From positions 31,000,001-31,064,000 of the forward strand of contig OY740800.1 of NCBI GenBank assembly GCA_963514005.1: a DNA stretch of 64,000 bases, given 5' to 3'. The stretch comes from Raja brachyura (taxonomy: Eukaryota). The position numbers and the translations under genes are program-made. Within the stretch, counting starts at the first letter, position 1. Each line of letters opens with the position of its first letter. The notes beneath the pieces were generated by a model. The model saw only the letters and a list, made by a program, of their open reading frames with translations. It made no database searches and had not been told where the DNA came from. This document shows positions 38,896-51,430 of the stretch, piece after piece.

Positions 38896-41800
38896 CTGTT
38901 CATCTTGCGAGTCAGCAACACACAGAATGCAGTTCACAAATCCGGTCAAACCTAAAACTGCAGCTTTGAAGGCGTCTGCTAATGTAGATCGGAGAAACTA
39001 GATTAAAATATATAACCATGCAAAAACCATCATGACGAATTCATCATTTAAAAATGTCTCTAGCTTCCAAGGTATTCGAGGGAGGCTCAACAGTGGCTAC
39101 TGAAAGTAGTTAAATGTCATTAGATGAAACAAACAGATTTTAAAGCTATCGAGTTGAGCCTAATAATTGAAAGAAACATAGAATTTAGATCAAGAAACTG
39201 GAAAAAATAGAAGATTAAACTAGCTTCAGAAAACAGCCTGCAAAAGCTTTTAGAACCATGCAAAATGGAAAAGACATCTTTGTTGCTTTGTGACAAAGCA
39301 TTCCTAAAATATTAGAAAACTGGTGGCCACTGAAAGGAATTAATCGGAGAGATTAATGAGACAAACTCCCACATCCTCAAGATTTGATGGGCGGCAGCTG
39401 AGAGTTTGGACAAGTGGCTGGAAAGAAAATGAATGCATTGGTGTTGACCTTCCACAGTTCTTTAGAATATACAATGGCTCGTGTAAATAAGGAACAAACC
39501 CAACCACCAATGGAGAGAGTTAACAGGGAATGTAGACCAATCAACTGGACTAAAAAAAGGGAGACAAATTACCACTTTGATAAGAAAAACAATGAAGTTG
39601 GAACATTGGTAGAGAAACATAGGTGTGATAATGCTCATATACGATCATACCACGGTGAAAACTATCAACATTTGCTTTTATTGCAACCAGTTTGGAAGTT
39701 ATTACCACAGCACCGGTAAGGTTATATCTGTTTAGTTCTTAAATGGAATAAAACATTGGCTTTGAGTAAAGCAAAGCTTCTATTGGACTGACTTCTGGCA
39801 TCAGAGGACTATAGCTTGAAGTATTTACTCCCTGGAGTTCAGAACAATGAGTAAATCAAAATTGTCAGAGAGAATAACAGGGAGGTACTGGGATTTTATT
39901 TTGTCTGGTGGGGGGTGGGGTGGGGGGGGGGGTGTTGGAATGAGGAGGGGGGAAAAGAGAGGTCATTGTGAGATTGTGGTGTCAGAATGCGAGTGGCAAA
40001 TTTAAAGGCTTGGCTTTATGATTATGTGTTTCAGAGATCAGTAAATATTCCGTTTTTCAGTATGCCCGCAGTGGGGTTAGATGGTTGCATTAAAAAAAAT
40101 ATATATTATTTTTTAAATTGGGAAGGTAGACTAGAAAAAAAACAGCCATGATCTTGTTCAATAGCAAATGCAAAGAAATTAATGCTCTGCTCCAGTTCCT
40201 ATTCCTCTTGTTCTTAAGAAATGTAGTTAGAGATTAGGGCTGATTAAATCACTCAAACTGGAAATTCAGGAGCAGATCCATTTAGGTGGGGCACAGTTGG
40301 ACAATGAAGACCATGACTACACACAGTACAAAATTAAAGGATAATATAATCAGAGGTTGTGAGTATCAAAAGTAACGCCACTGAACAAGCGGGTTCAAGG
40401 ATGAGAGATAATCTGTTAAATGCATTAAAATGAAGTATTTTCGTAAGGTAGATAGGTAAAGAAACTGTAAAATGGCAGGAGAGTCCAAAAGTTAGAGTAC
40501 AAAATTAAAAAAAACATTATTAAAGTCACAGGATTTCACAAGGAACTTCATTTCTAGTGAATGCTGAGCATATGAAGTTGACTTTTCCTTTGAGTGGTTT
40601 AAACAGATAATCTGGGTTGATTTAAGGGAAACTCCAGCAGATAGAGACATAAGTGAGAGATTTGAGAAGTGGGAGCAAGTTCATCAACAGCATGACATCC
40701 AATTTAGGTTGTTAAGATGAATAATCCGTTTCTTCTGTAATTTTTCCCTTTGATTATAAATACTCAGTCCTGGGTTGATGGCCTGGCTCAATTCCTTTCA
40801 CCATAACAATCTACCTGGAACAAATGTAATTCTTTATACCACATAGGACATCTACCCTAAGCCATGGATCTGTAATATCTCTGAAAGAGGGATCATTCAT
40901 CACAGGCGTAATTTACTTGGAGCTCGAAGATAGTGTATTTCAGTGAAGTGAGGTGAGAGCCATCCTCCACCTCAACTACTGCTCTTCTCCCATGCAAATA
41001 ATGGGAAATTTATAATCCTCTGCAATATTTGCACATCCCCAAAGCAGTCTTTGCACATCCCCTAAGCCTTACCACTCTTCATTTTATGTTCATGTTTCAT
41101 GTATTTTGTGTTTTTTTATGACTGTTGGCAAATTAATTTCCCTCCTGGGATAAATAAAATTCTATCATATTGTATAACAAATGCCCAACCTTAAGAATTA
41201 TAGGACCAATTTAACTCGGTCAACAAGAGTCTCATTATTTACAAGTGGCCAAGTTAACGTTATTTCAAGATACAGCCCCAAAGACAATGCTTCCCGAATC
41301 ACATTTTAATGTTGTGGATATGATGGCCCCGCAAAAGCTGAAGATAGACTTTGAGTTGTGGGAGAGACCAGATTCAAAACTCAAACTTTATTTTTAGTAG
41401 GCTGAAATATGTACAAATTAATGGAATTAGGATTAAAATGCAAATCCTTCCTCCAACTATGTCACGCCCATTAAGTCACATTTATGCATTCAGAAATGAA
41501 CTTCTCACAATGATGTTTAAAATTACACTTTTGAAAACTCCTGCAGTCTTAACAGAACAAAGCAACATCAGCAAAAAAAAAAGAGAATGCTGGAATTACC
41601 CAGCTTGTCAGACTGCATCTGTGAAGTGAAAAAATGTTACTATTTCAGGTCGATGACCTATTGTCAAATGAACGCATCAGCTTTGGTAGTAATCTGATAC
41701 AAAAGGAGAAACATGCCTTTGGAATTAATTATACTGCAAGCAGAGCATCGAGTTTATTATGTTATCTCCAACGCAAGCACTGAATCTATTGAATTGGTTG

Positions 41801-42381
41801 CACAATGACTTGTATTAGCAGGAACTTTATATCAATGTTGACTAGTTGGCATCATCTTAAGGCAATCTCATCCTAATTCTGCATCAAGGCAGCAACAAGT
41901 CAGCTGTGCTAGCAGAGTAAGCCCTCTTAAGATACAACTGGCTCACCTGCAACTCTGCATGGGTGTAAACTTGGATTGGACCTCATTTTATAAAGTACAT
42001 CTGCAAAATAAGTGCAGCAAAAATAAAGTTTGTATTGCCTTACCACATTTGCTGATCTTTGTTTAATCACAGCAGTTTACAAATAATTGGAAATAAAATT
42101 AACAGTGCTTTGCCAAAACAGACATTATAGGGTGAACCCCTCCCCCCTCCCACAATACGTAACTGCAAGCATTAGGCACACTGCCCTAAGATCAGTTATA
42201 ATATTTAAATCTAACCATTCATTATGCTGTTCCAAGTCACATGCATGCTTTTACAGCGCTTCATCTTTTTCCCCCCAATTCGTGGATTTGTGCATTTGAC
42301 CGACATAATGGGTCTCAAGTAATAAAGTACCAAGTATGGCCCCCCCCACATCCACCGGTATACTGCCAAAAAGGTACATAC

Positions 42382-42634
42382 CTGATGTGAAAAGACTCTG
42401 TGGTTCTGGTGCTGTTGGCCAGTCGTGTGTTGATGGCGATGAAGTGGGATATAGCAGGCTGTTGGGGAGAGGGTTGGGGTGTCTGAAGTTACTGTTATCT
42501 GAAAAGAGGGACTGGGATTCTGCTGCAGCGCCTTCAAAAGGAGACCGCGCATTGTGATTGGATGAACTAATTGGGACAACTGGGTTGGGTTTTGTTAAAC
42601 CTGGCGGTGGTGACGGTGTTTCACTTGGAGGGAT
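42382..42634 (-). CDS. CNOT4: CNOT4 exon, Pro/Ser-rich (IPPSETPSPPPGLTKPNPVVPISSSNHNARSPFEG...DWPTAPEPQSLFTS)
   Basis: 253 nt. Acceptor tgtttacag|ATC, donor CAG|gtatgt. Phase 0 to 1. Lies inside ORF 42251..42688. Confidence 0.96.
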
Positions 42635-43084
42635 CTGTAAACAGACAAACGGAATATTAGTCTTTACAATATAGATGAGACCATCCATCCACTAAAGTGC
42701 TTCCAACCATGCTTGCACAGCAAGCTTGAAATGCGTTGCACCCAACACTGAACCATTTACACCATATGTGGAGGTTTACTCAAGTTGAATTTAAAATAAA
42801 TATTTTCTCATTTTTAAAAAAGGTCAATAAGCCTATTTTCTTCACAAAATGAGATGGTCAATCCGTTCCACCATTCTAGTTCAATTAACTAATCATAATT
42901 CTTGTCGATTTCAAATGATGTGCGAAATCAAGTTACAATTTCTGTTATTAGAAACCATCATTCAATCCTTAAATGGTCATGTTCTCATTTTGATTGTTCC
43001 CACTTGCTCTGTGATTACTTGACAACAGATTTTTTTTAATGCAGCCCCTTTGAATATTTTTGTTTTATGTGCGGTCATAATCCC

Positions 43085-43788
43085 CATGCCAACCCATCGA
43101 AAACACGTCTGTGCATTCCACCTGAGGAACCAAGAGGCTAACCATCAACTACACGTCACATGGTCTGGAGTCCCACTAACACATCGTCCAAACCCAGTCT
43201 ACCTTGGAGTCCACTCGACCGCTGCTTAACATTCAAAGCACATGTGGAAAAAAATGAAAGCAAAGGTGGGCACCCTAAACAACATATTGAACAAACTCAC
43301 CACCACCAAATGCGGTGCCAACCCAACAACAGTACGTACTAAAGCCTTAGTACGCCTGCCCTGCTTGGGAGAGATCTACACATGCAAAGATAGACTCATC
43401 CTTGAGTGCTAGCTGCCGCAGCATCACTGGTTGCCTTCGATCTACAGACATAAACAACGTCTACCTACTGGCTGGCATTGCCCCCCACCAGACATCAGGA
43501 GAGCTGTTGCAAGTAGGACAGAGCATCTGAAACTGACGGACAATAGACACCCATTACACAACCACGTGCCCCCTCCTAGGTGGTTAAAATCCCGTAAGAG
43601 CTCCCAAACCAGCGTCACCCCATTGGAAACAACACCAACTGAAGCTCGCCTCCAGATGAGAAAGACCAGACTAGCCACTGTCCCTATTTCCACCGTGATT
43701 GGCATACCAGCAGCAGAGCGCTTACCACCAGGTGCTGATGAACACTGGCTGAACTGGAGATGTCTCAACCGACTGCGAACCAGAGAGG
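43085..43788 (+). mobile_element. Non-LTR retrotransposon ORF2 C-terminal fragment (Ingi/Vingi- or RTEX-like)
   Basis: Frameshifted motifs YLGV.LDRCLTFKAH, YACPAWERS.H and PPGADEHWLNWRCLNRLRT. Clade assignment is from memory of motifs. Confidence 0.7.
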
Positions 43789-43789
43789 G

Positions 43790-44815
43790 TACAGATCAGA
43801 AACACTCTTCAGGAGTCAGGTGTGGATTTGACCGCTGTCTGCAGAGGACTTCATGAACAGAAATACAGAGGCTACACTGCAAGATGCAAACTACTGGTTA
43901 ACCACAAAATTGGGATGGCCAAGTTATAATTCGCCAAGAAATGCTTAAAAGGGTAACCACAGTTCTGGAAAAAGGTCGTGTGGACAGATGAGACGAAGAA
44001 TAACTTATATCAGAGTGATGGCAAGAGCAAAATATGGAGTAGAGAAGGAACTGCTCAAGATCCAAAGCATACCACCTCATCTGTGAAACAGTGGTGGGGG
44101 TGTTATGGCCTAGGCATGTTAGCTGCTGAACGGACTGCTCACTTCATTGATGATACAACTGCTGATGGTGTAATGAATTCTGAAGTGTAGACACATCCTA
44201 TCTGCTCAAGTTCAAACAAATGCCTCAAAACTCATCGGCCGGCGGTTCGTTCTACAGCAAGACAATGATCCAAAACATTGATCCCAAACATTCCATAAAG
44301 CAACAAAGGAGTTTGTCGAAGCTAAAAAATGGTAAATTCTTGAGTGGCCAAGTCAATCACCCGATCTGAACCCAATTGAGCATGCCTTTTATCTGCTGAA
44401 GAGAAACTGAAGGGGACTAGCCCCCAAAACAAGCCAAGCTAAAGATGTCTGCAATACTGGCCTGGCAGAGCATCACCAGAGAAGGCACCCAGCAACTAGA
44501 TGTCAATGAATCGTAGACTTCAAGCAGTCATTGCATGCAAAGGATATGCAGCAAAATACTAAACATGACTACTTTCATTACATGACATTGCTGTGTCCGA
44601 AACATTATGGTGTCCTGAAATGGGGGGACAATGTATAAACACTGCTGTCATTTCTACATGGTGAAACCAAAATGCATAAAAATGGCCTTTATTAAAATCT
44701 AACAAAGTGCACTTTAACCACATGTCAATTGTTCTATTACAAATCTCAAATTGCAGGGTACAGAGGCAAATAAACGAATGATGGGTCTTGGTCCCAAACA
44801 TTATGGAGGGCACTG
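43790..44815 (+). mobile_element. Tc1-like transposon copy 3 (5'-truncated, right TIR intact)
   Basis: WTDETK, QQDNDPKH and SQSPDLNPIEHA (about 44351-44386). Ends CATTATGGAGGGCACTG. Confidence 0.93.
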
Positions 44816-44816
44816 C

Positions 44817-45039
44817 AGACACAAAAAGCTGGAGTAACTCAGCGGGACAGGCAGCATCTCTGGAGAGAAGGAATGGGTAACGTTGTGGGTTGAGACCGTT
44901 CCTCAGACGGAGTCTGAGGAAATGGCTCAATCCGAAATGTCACCCATTCCTTCTCTCCAGAGATGCTGCCTGTCCTGCTGTTACTCCAGTTTTGTGTCTA
45001 TCTTCGGTTTAAACCAGCATCTGCTGTTCCTTCTTACAC
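44817..45039. mobile_element. Fold-back (hairpin) Penelope-like pLTR element
   Basis: Arms of about 90 nt, agacacaaaaagctggagtaac...cctcagac and gtctgagg...gttactccagttttgtgtct, around a 3-nt loop at 44909-44911. Confidence 0.85.
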
Positions 45040-46070
45040 AATAGTGTATAGAAGTTGGAATGTCGTGTTACAGTTGTACAAGACGCTGGCAAGGCAGTGA
45101 TGGGAATATTATATTCAGCTTTGGTTGCTCTATTGTAGGAAAGGTGCCATTAGGCTGGAAAGAGTGCAGAGAAGAGTTACAAAGGTGATGCCAGGACTCT
45201 GGGATCTGAGCTACAGGGAGAGGTTGGACAGGCTAGGACTTTTATTCCTTGGAGTGCAGGGTGATTTTATGGAGGTGTATAAAATAGTGTTTTTCCTAGA
45301 GTCGGGAATCAAGAACTCGGGCAAGGGCTCCCAACTTGGGATAAATTTATCCCCGGGGGGGGGGGGGGGGGGGGGGGGGGTAGATTTCACCTACCCTGGG
45401 GGTAAATTTGTTGATTCTGGATTTGTACATATTTTTTTCTCATTGACTGACTGTGTTTGATTCTGGTATACCGCTATCCGATCATCATTAGTTGCTTATA
45501 AATAAATGAAATAACATTGTTATTATGTGCTATTAAAGTTGCCAGTGGTGAACGTGACGAAAAAGGTTGGGAACACCTGAACTAGAGGGTATAGGTTTAA
45601 GCTGAGAGGGTTTTTTTAAAATAAGATTTAATAAGAATCTGATGGGAGATGTTTTCCACACAGAGGCTGGTGGGTTAAGGCAGGTAGGAAAACAACATTT
45701 GAAAGGCATTTGGACAGGTTCATCAATAGGAAAGGTTTATAGCAATTTGGGCTAAGCAGGGGCAAATGGGATCGGCTGGACTGGGGCATCAGGGTGAGCA
45801 TGGGTGAGTTTAGTTTATTGTCATATGTACTGAGGTACAGTGAAAAGCTTTTGTTGCGTGCTACCCAATCAGCACAATACATAATTACAATCGAGCCATT
45901 TACAGTGTATAGATACATAAGGGAATAACGTTTAGTGCAAGGTAGAGCCAGTAAAGTCCGATCAAAGATAGTCTGAGGGTCACCAATGAGGTAGATAGTA
46001 GTTCAGGACCACTCTCCAGTTGTGGTAGGAATTGGGCTAAAGGGCCCAGTTTCCATGTTGTATGACCATG
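45040..46070 (+). mobile_element. CR1 3' fragment with nested hAT MITE and Rex1-like 3' end (45808-46030, minus strand)
   Basis: ORF 45125 includes LERVQRR.TK.MPGL..LSYRERLDRLGL. Confidence 0.85.
45322..45579. mobile_element. hAT (Charlie-like) MITE
   Basis: TIRs CAAGGGCTCCCAAC and GTTGGGAACACCTG. Imperfect 8-bp TSD aactcggg/aactagag. CR1 sequence is contiguous across the insertion. Confidence 0.82.
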
Positions 46071-46263
46071 ACAATACATGTTTCAGGCTTGAGCAGTGGC
46101 TTTTACTGTGTCTGTTAAAGTCTTGCATCTCTCCGCAGCTGTCTTGTTCCATTACGTTAATATGCTAGATCCAAAGCAGATACCTGCCACATCACTTTTA
46201 CACAATTTATTCCATGACTTTTTATGCCCTCCACATGGCTTGTACCACTTAACCCGTCACCTT

Positions 46264-46562
46264 CATAGAAACATAGAAACTAGGTACAGGAGGAGGCCAT
46301 TCGGCCCTTCGAGCCAGCACCGCCATTCAATATGATCATGGCTGATCGTCCGATATCAATAACCCGTGCCTGCCTTCTCCTCATATCCCTTAACTCCACT
46401 AGCCCCTAGAGCTTTGTCTAACTCTCTCTTAAATCCATCCAGTGATTTGGCCTCCACTGCCCTCTGAGGCAGGGAATTCCATAAATTCACAACTTTCTGG
46501 GTAAAAAAGCTTTTTCTCAGCTCAGTCTTAAATGACCTCCCCTTTATTCTAAGACTGTGGCC
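46264..46562 (-). mobile_element. Young CR1 3' end
   Basis: (catagaaa)2 tail followed by aggaggccattcggcccttcgagcc; CpGs retained. Confidence 0.85.
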
Positions 46563-47743
46563 TAATGAACCTAATGAAGTCCTGAAACCTCATAAAATAC
46601 ACCTAAGGCCCTAATGTATGTATGGACACCCCATCAACTAAAATTTAAATATTTGAACCACATCCTCACAAATAATTCCCAGTGCATCTTGCAGTATTTA
46701 TCCTCAGGAGGGAAGTTCATGGGTACATAAATAGAATTGTACACATTCCAATGACAACTACTTCCAAACCAACAATATTTTCCATCTACAAAGAACTTGA
46801 TTCACGTTATAATGGTGTTTTCTTCCGCCAAAAGTATTGGGAAAATAATGCACAACATGGACATGATTCCTTCATCAGATTCAGGTCACAATTCTGTAAC
46901 AGTCAGAACAACATTTTGAGAACATCTTCAACACCCATGTAGCAGGTTGACCATTCACCAACAACAACTTAGCAACACCTATTAATAGATCTTAAATGCC
47001 AACCTTGTCACTGTTGTTCACATTCCAATAATGGGCGTAGGATGCGATAGTGGGAAAACATAGAACTAGTGTAAGGATGGTCGATGTTGGTGTGCACTCT
47101 GTGGGCCTCGGTGCATCTCTAAATTAAAGCTAAACACTACGCCACCTTCATCAGTTCAAATGTCTTTTGACCAGTGTCAACCATTGTGGCGAGGATTTAA
47201 ATTATTCTATCAAAGGACGAGGAAAACAACTGGCGCACAAGAACATTTCAACTGATCCAACACAAATATTCTCATACATTTCAATATCAGAGCTTGAGTC
47301 AAGACTTTAAAAAAACCCTCAACCATGTGTCTTTTCATGATGTAGTTGGGGAACATAGACATTTAATTTGCCTATTTGAAAGCTCCGTAGTGGCCTGGAC
47401 GAGGTCGGGAAAAGGCCAGATGCCAGGCAGGTTCAGAAGTCCTTTAATGAATCATGGCAAACACACAGAACGCCCGCGAGCAGGCACCCAGGAAACCACG
47501 CAGGCAGACAATCGTCCCTGTCCCTCAAGAGCCGAGGGGGATGACCCAAGGAGTGGGCTAACCCCCAGGGACCGCCACAGCACGATCTGGGCAAATAAAG
47601 TGATTTGCCAATGCTTAGATTATATTGATCATTCACGGGACAGGCAATGAAGTGGGAGAAACAGTTAAATAATAAAGCACTTGCTTATGGCGAGGTACTT
47701 AATTAACTAGAAATATTTGATAGAAAATCCAAATGTGACTTAC

Positions 47744-47801
47744 CTGTTGTAAATTATCACCATTTCCTAAACTGAGTGTTTCAGGTGGTTTATCCACTGG
47801 C
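47744..47801 (-). CDS. CNOT4: CNOT4 58-nt exon (PVDKPPETLSLGNGDNLQQ)
   Basis: Acceptor tgttttgcag|G, donor CAG|gtaagt. Resembles vertebrate PIDKPSDSLSIGNGDNSQQ. Phase 2 to 0. Confidence 0.95.
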
Positions 47802-49506
47802 CTGCAAAACAAACAAATTGCGACAAGTTGATCATTTGATCTCAGTTGTCCTTGGTGTACATGTGTGGTTGGTTTCAATAGCTTCTTTAAAAGAAACAAG
47901 AAAAAAAGGGGCCAATGCTTACAGTGGACCCCACCAACACTTAAGGAAGCAAAATGACAGGTGTGGAAAAATATAAAATCAGTGGGAGTGTGTTATGCTT
48001 ATGCTCTTTAAACAAGTTAAAACAGCAATAAACAACCAACAATGTGCCTGACTCATCTGTAATTTGGTTTGTAAAGTGCGAAAGTTGATAAATGGCATAA
48101 AGAGGAAAAGATTCCAGCAGCACCGTGCACTTCAGGTATCTGATTTTGTTTGAATTTTACTTTAATTACTTAACAATTGGCACTTGATACATTTTGTTTA
48201 AGGTAAATAAATAGTGTGTCACTGATCATACCAAGCAAGCTGCAAGACTTGGATAGATGGAGACTGACCGGCTTTAATTCAAGTTTATTTATTGAAGAAT
48301 TCATCCACATCCTTGAAGAATTCATGCAGGTTTTGTTCCTTTTCACACAAGTGATGACCAACACAAAATAAATCTAATTAAACTAGAATCTGAGGCTTCA
48401 CTGAATATTCAGATAGTTACACCATATTTATTCTTCCTCTGCTTGCAGATGGAAGCATTTACATCTTTTACTGACAATAGAAATCATGATATTGGATCAT
48501 TTCAATTCCATTCTCTATGATCAATACATTGATCGTTCAAGATTTCAAGAGGGGTTATTTGTCATGTGCATATATGTCATATCAACCAGAACAATGCAGC
48601 AGTTCTGTAGGTGCATTAGATGCAACAACTATTTCTAAACAATAGGACAAAAACCCAATGTGAATCAACCATGTTAGTGCAAAGTCCACAGCGGCTCACT
48701 GGTGGGATAAGGTTATGTGAAGTATTCAAAGCTCTGTTCACAGATTATGCTGTCTAAAAGGAACGGTACATAAATGCACAATAAACAGGGTTTGTGAACA
48801 CAAAACAACATATTCTTTGCAACTTTGGGAGCAAAATCCAAAACGAGGATGAGTGCAGGTGGGGAGAGGGGGACATCAAAAGGCATGCAGTCTCAATGGA
48901 TGAGTGAAAATTGTTTCAGGAGACTTCCGTTTTTCCATTGAGCTCATGAGCTATAGGTCCAAAGACACTGCCAGCTCTTCGCACCTCAATTAGATGGCTA
49001 CTTTTCAAGTGGAAAATGTGTTTTGGAGACTATCACGGAGTGCCACAGTGGCCCCATCCAAAATACTGTTCTTGGTCAATATTCAAATATGAACTACATA
49101 GTAGGTGCGACTTCCTGGCTCCAAGAAACTGGAGAGAATTGATAGTTGGCCAGATTTGCTGCGATATCAGCCAAGAATGAAACCCAAGACATTCAAATTA
49201 GTGTAGCTTTCTCGCATAACCAACGAGCGATCGAGAAAATCTAATGTTTGGCAGAGAATCCTTCCTCGTCAGAAGAAGGTGGCATTTTTATCTGACAATA
49301 TGTTGTTGGGAGTTCAAAATGATTCAGACTTGATGTTAAAAGTTACACGTTATAGGAACAAGTCGTGAGAAAACAGATTATGACTCTTTGATTAACGTTC
49401 TCCCAAACATATGCAGCACACAAAGCTGATTTGAACTCGTGGACTACTGGGCCTTGTCAAACAAAAATGATTATGTTGACCCTCCATCATTCTGTAACAA
49501 AATGTA

Positions 49507-50086
49507 CACTGTCTAATCTTCCTGAAGACTTTTGAACTTGTCCGGAAATTAAAAATACTTCCATAAGCACTTGGCAAGCATTTAGGATATCCAGTTTGTA
49601 TGTGCATGTTGGTCTGGTGAGAAAAAAACATTTACAATGTTAAGCCTGATTTCTGAAAGGTTATGATTATAAACCCAAAGGTACTATGTACTTCACTTCT
49701 CCCTCCTTCTTCCTGGCATAGACTACATGTTCTCCTGCAGTTCAATAATGGATGAATTGAATCCCCCATTGTGGCTATTGTCACGTAACTGGCTGGTAAG
49801 GATACACAATGCCAACATTACATTTTTGACTGATCCCCTTTGGAAACCACTGTGAAAAGTATCTCTGTGATGCTGAAACTTATTGTTGTCAGTTTGGTAA
49901 ATGCTCAGTATTTCTGCCGTTCTTCCTCCTTGCAGACCCTATTATAAATTAATAAAGATTTTTTCACCAGACCAACATGCACATACCAAGGAACATTACT
50001 GGACATCCTAAATACTTGCCAAGTGCTTTTGGAAGTATTTTTTATTTCAGGACAAGTTCAAAAGTCTTCAGGAAGAATACACAGTG
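49507..50086. repeat. Inverted repeat, arms of about 120 bp (49507-49628 and 49959-50086) with a spacer of about 330 bp
   Basis: Opposite-strand ORFs 49392 and 49977 translate near-identically. By eye the arms differ by about 7 substitutions and one indel of about 10 nt. Confidence 0.95.
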
Positions 50087-50329
50087 TTTCTGGTTTTCAA
50101 TCGAACAAACAAGAGTCCTGGTTGATGAATGTCACAGAATAGGTCCCGCGAAACAATATTCACCCGTTTCATGGCGACTGTCCCCTGTTCCCTGGACATG
50201 CCAATTTAATCAGATTCACAAGGCTATTGTGGAAGATTGCACAACATGCAGAGTTATTATTTCAGGTTTAAATTTTATACCAAGACAAACACCAAATGAA
50301 CTGTATATCTCATCATGATTTAATGGATA

Positions 50330-51430
50330 GATAAAAAGAGACAAGGGGCATCGATCCATTCTCAAAGAATCAAGTAAATATTCCAAGATATGAAATTGTA
50401 AAACAAATTGATAATCTGATTAAGTTTTGCATGCATGCAGGACGCTACATAGATTTCACTGAATTAGCATTTCATTGAAATGTAAAAAAACTTAATGGGA
50501 AATCTATATATCGAGTTCTCCTTCTGTACGACCAGATAATCAACAGCAAGTCATTCGTTGGTTATTTTTTTAAATTTTTTTTGCTTATGTCATCATGTAT
50601 CAAGTTTGCTGCACACAAATTCAATACAGCATCGTAACCTTCTGCATCATAGCTGCTCTGGCCAATGCAAGAAAAATCATTCATCTCTCTTAGTGATTCA
50701 GTATTAATTTCAGGAGGGCAGAGGAAGTTTGGAATTTTCGCAACATGGCTGTCTTCATCATCAAATGTTACCATTGCTCTCAACTAATGGCCAACTGAGA
50801 AAGAGGGTGTCAAATACCATGACTCAAATCAGACACAAACTCGTGTTCTCCTTCACAGCATTGATCCAGTGCCTGCACAATCCAAAGGCATGGATTACCT
50901 GTAGAAGGCACGTATCCACGTTGAAACATTGGATATGGCCAAAGCTGTTCTAGCAAAATCCTCTAATGGCAGGATAATATTCAGCACCATCAAACCAAAA
51001 TCCTCTACATCAAGACATTGACTATACAAACAGTTCTAGCTGTTGGACCCCATTGCCGACATGCCTAAACCAGTCACTCAAAACAACCACTCTTCGCCAG
51101 GGACCAAAATGGAAATGAACCATCAGGAGGAAACAAAAATATCTTTAAGGATGTTCACAAAATTTCCTTCCAAGAGGTAATACTTTAAGCAACACATGGC
51201 AATCCCTGTCTGGTGACTCAAAATGGACTCAAAAACGTCCAGGAAAGCACCAACTTACTTTTCCATGACAAGAGTCATGCGACCAAATACAATAAATAGA
51301 AAGAGAGCACAACATTCTGAAGAGAGCCCCATCTGCTCCACCTATGAAAGAATCTGAAGATTCATCTACCTCAGAACTAGAGTGGAAACCAACCTTGACC
51401 CCGAGGGACTGCTCAAGAAGAAAAAAAAAC
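50330..51430 (+). mobile_element. Degraded RTE-like LINE 3' portion
   Basis: Ends agagtggaaacc...gaccccgagggactgctcaagaagaaa, a typical RTE-like tail. The upstream body is heavily decayed. Confidence 0.55.

Noticed and set aside
28338-44815. Functional or domesticated transposase or RT gene
   Set aside because: All Tc1 and CR1 frames are broken by frameshifts, stops or deletions.
23011-45379. Long poly-G/poly-C runs (about 23011, 24768, 31516, 35392, 45354) as G-quadruplex elements
   Set aside because: Several are expansions inside TEs, and homopolymer lengths are unreliable in assemblies.
49392-50318. Two similar ORFs on opposite strands suggesting paralogous small proteins
   Set aside because: The similarity is fully explained by the DNA inverted repeat, and the peptides show no recognisable motifs.
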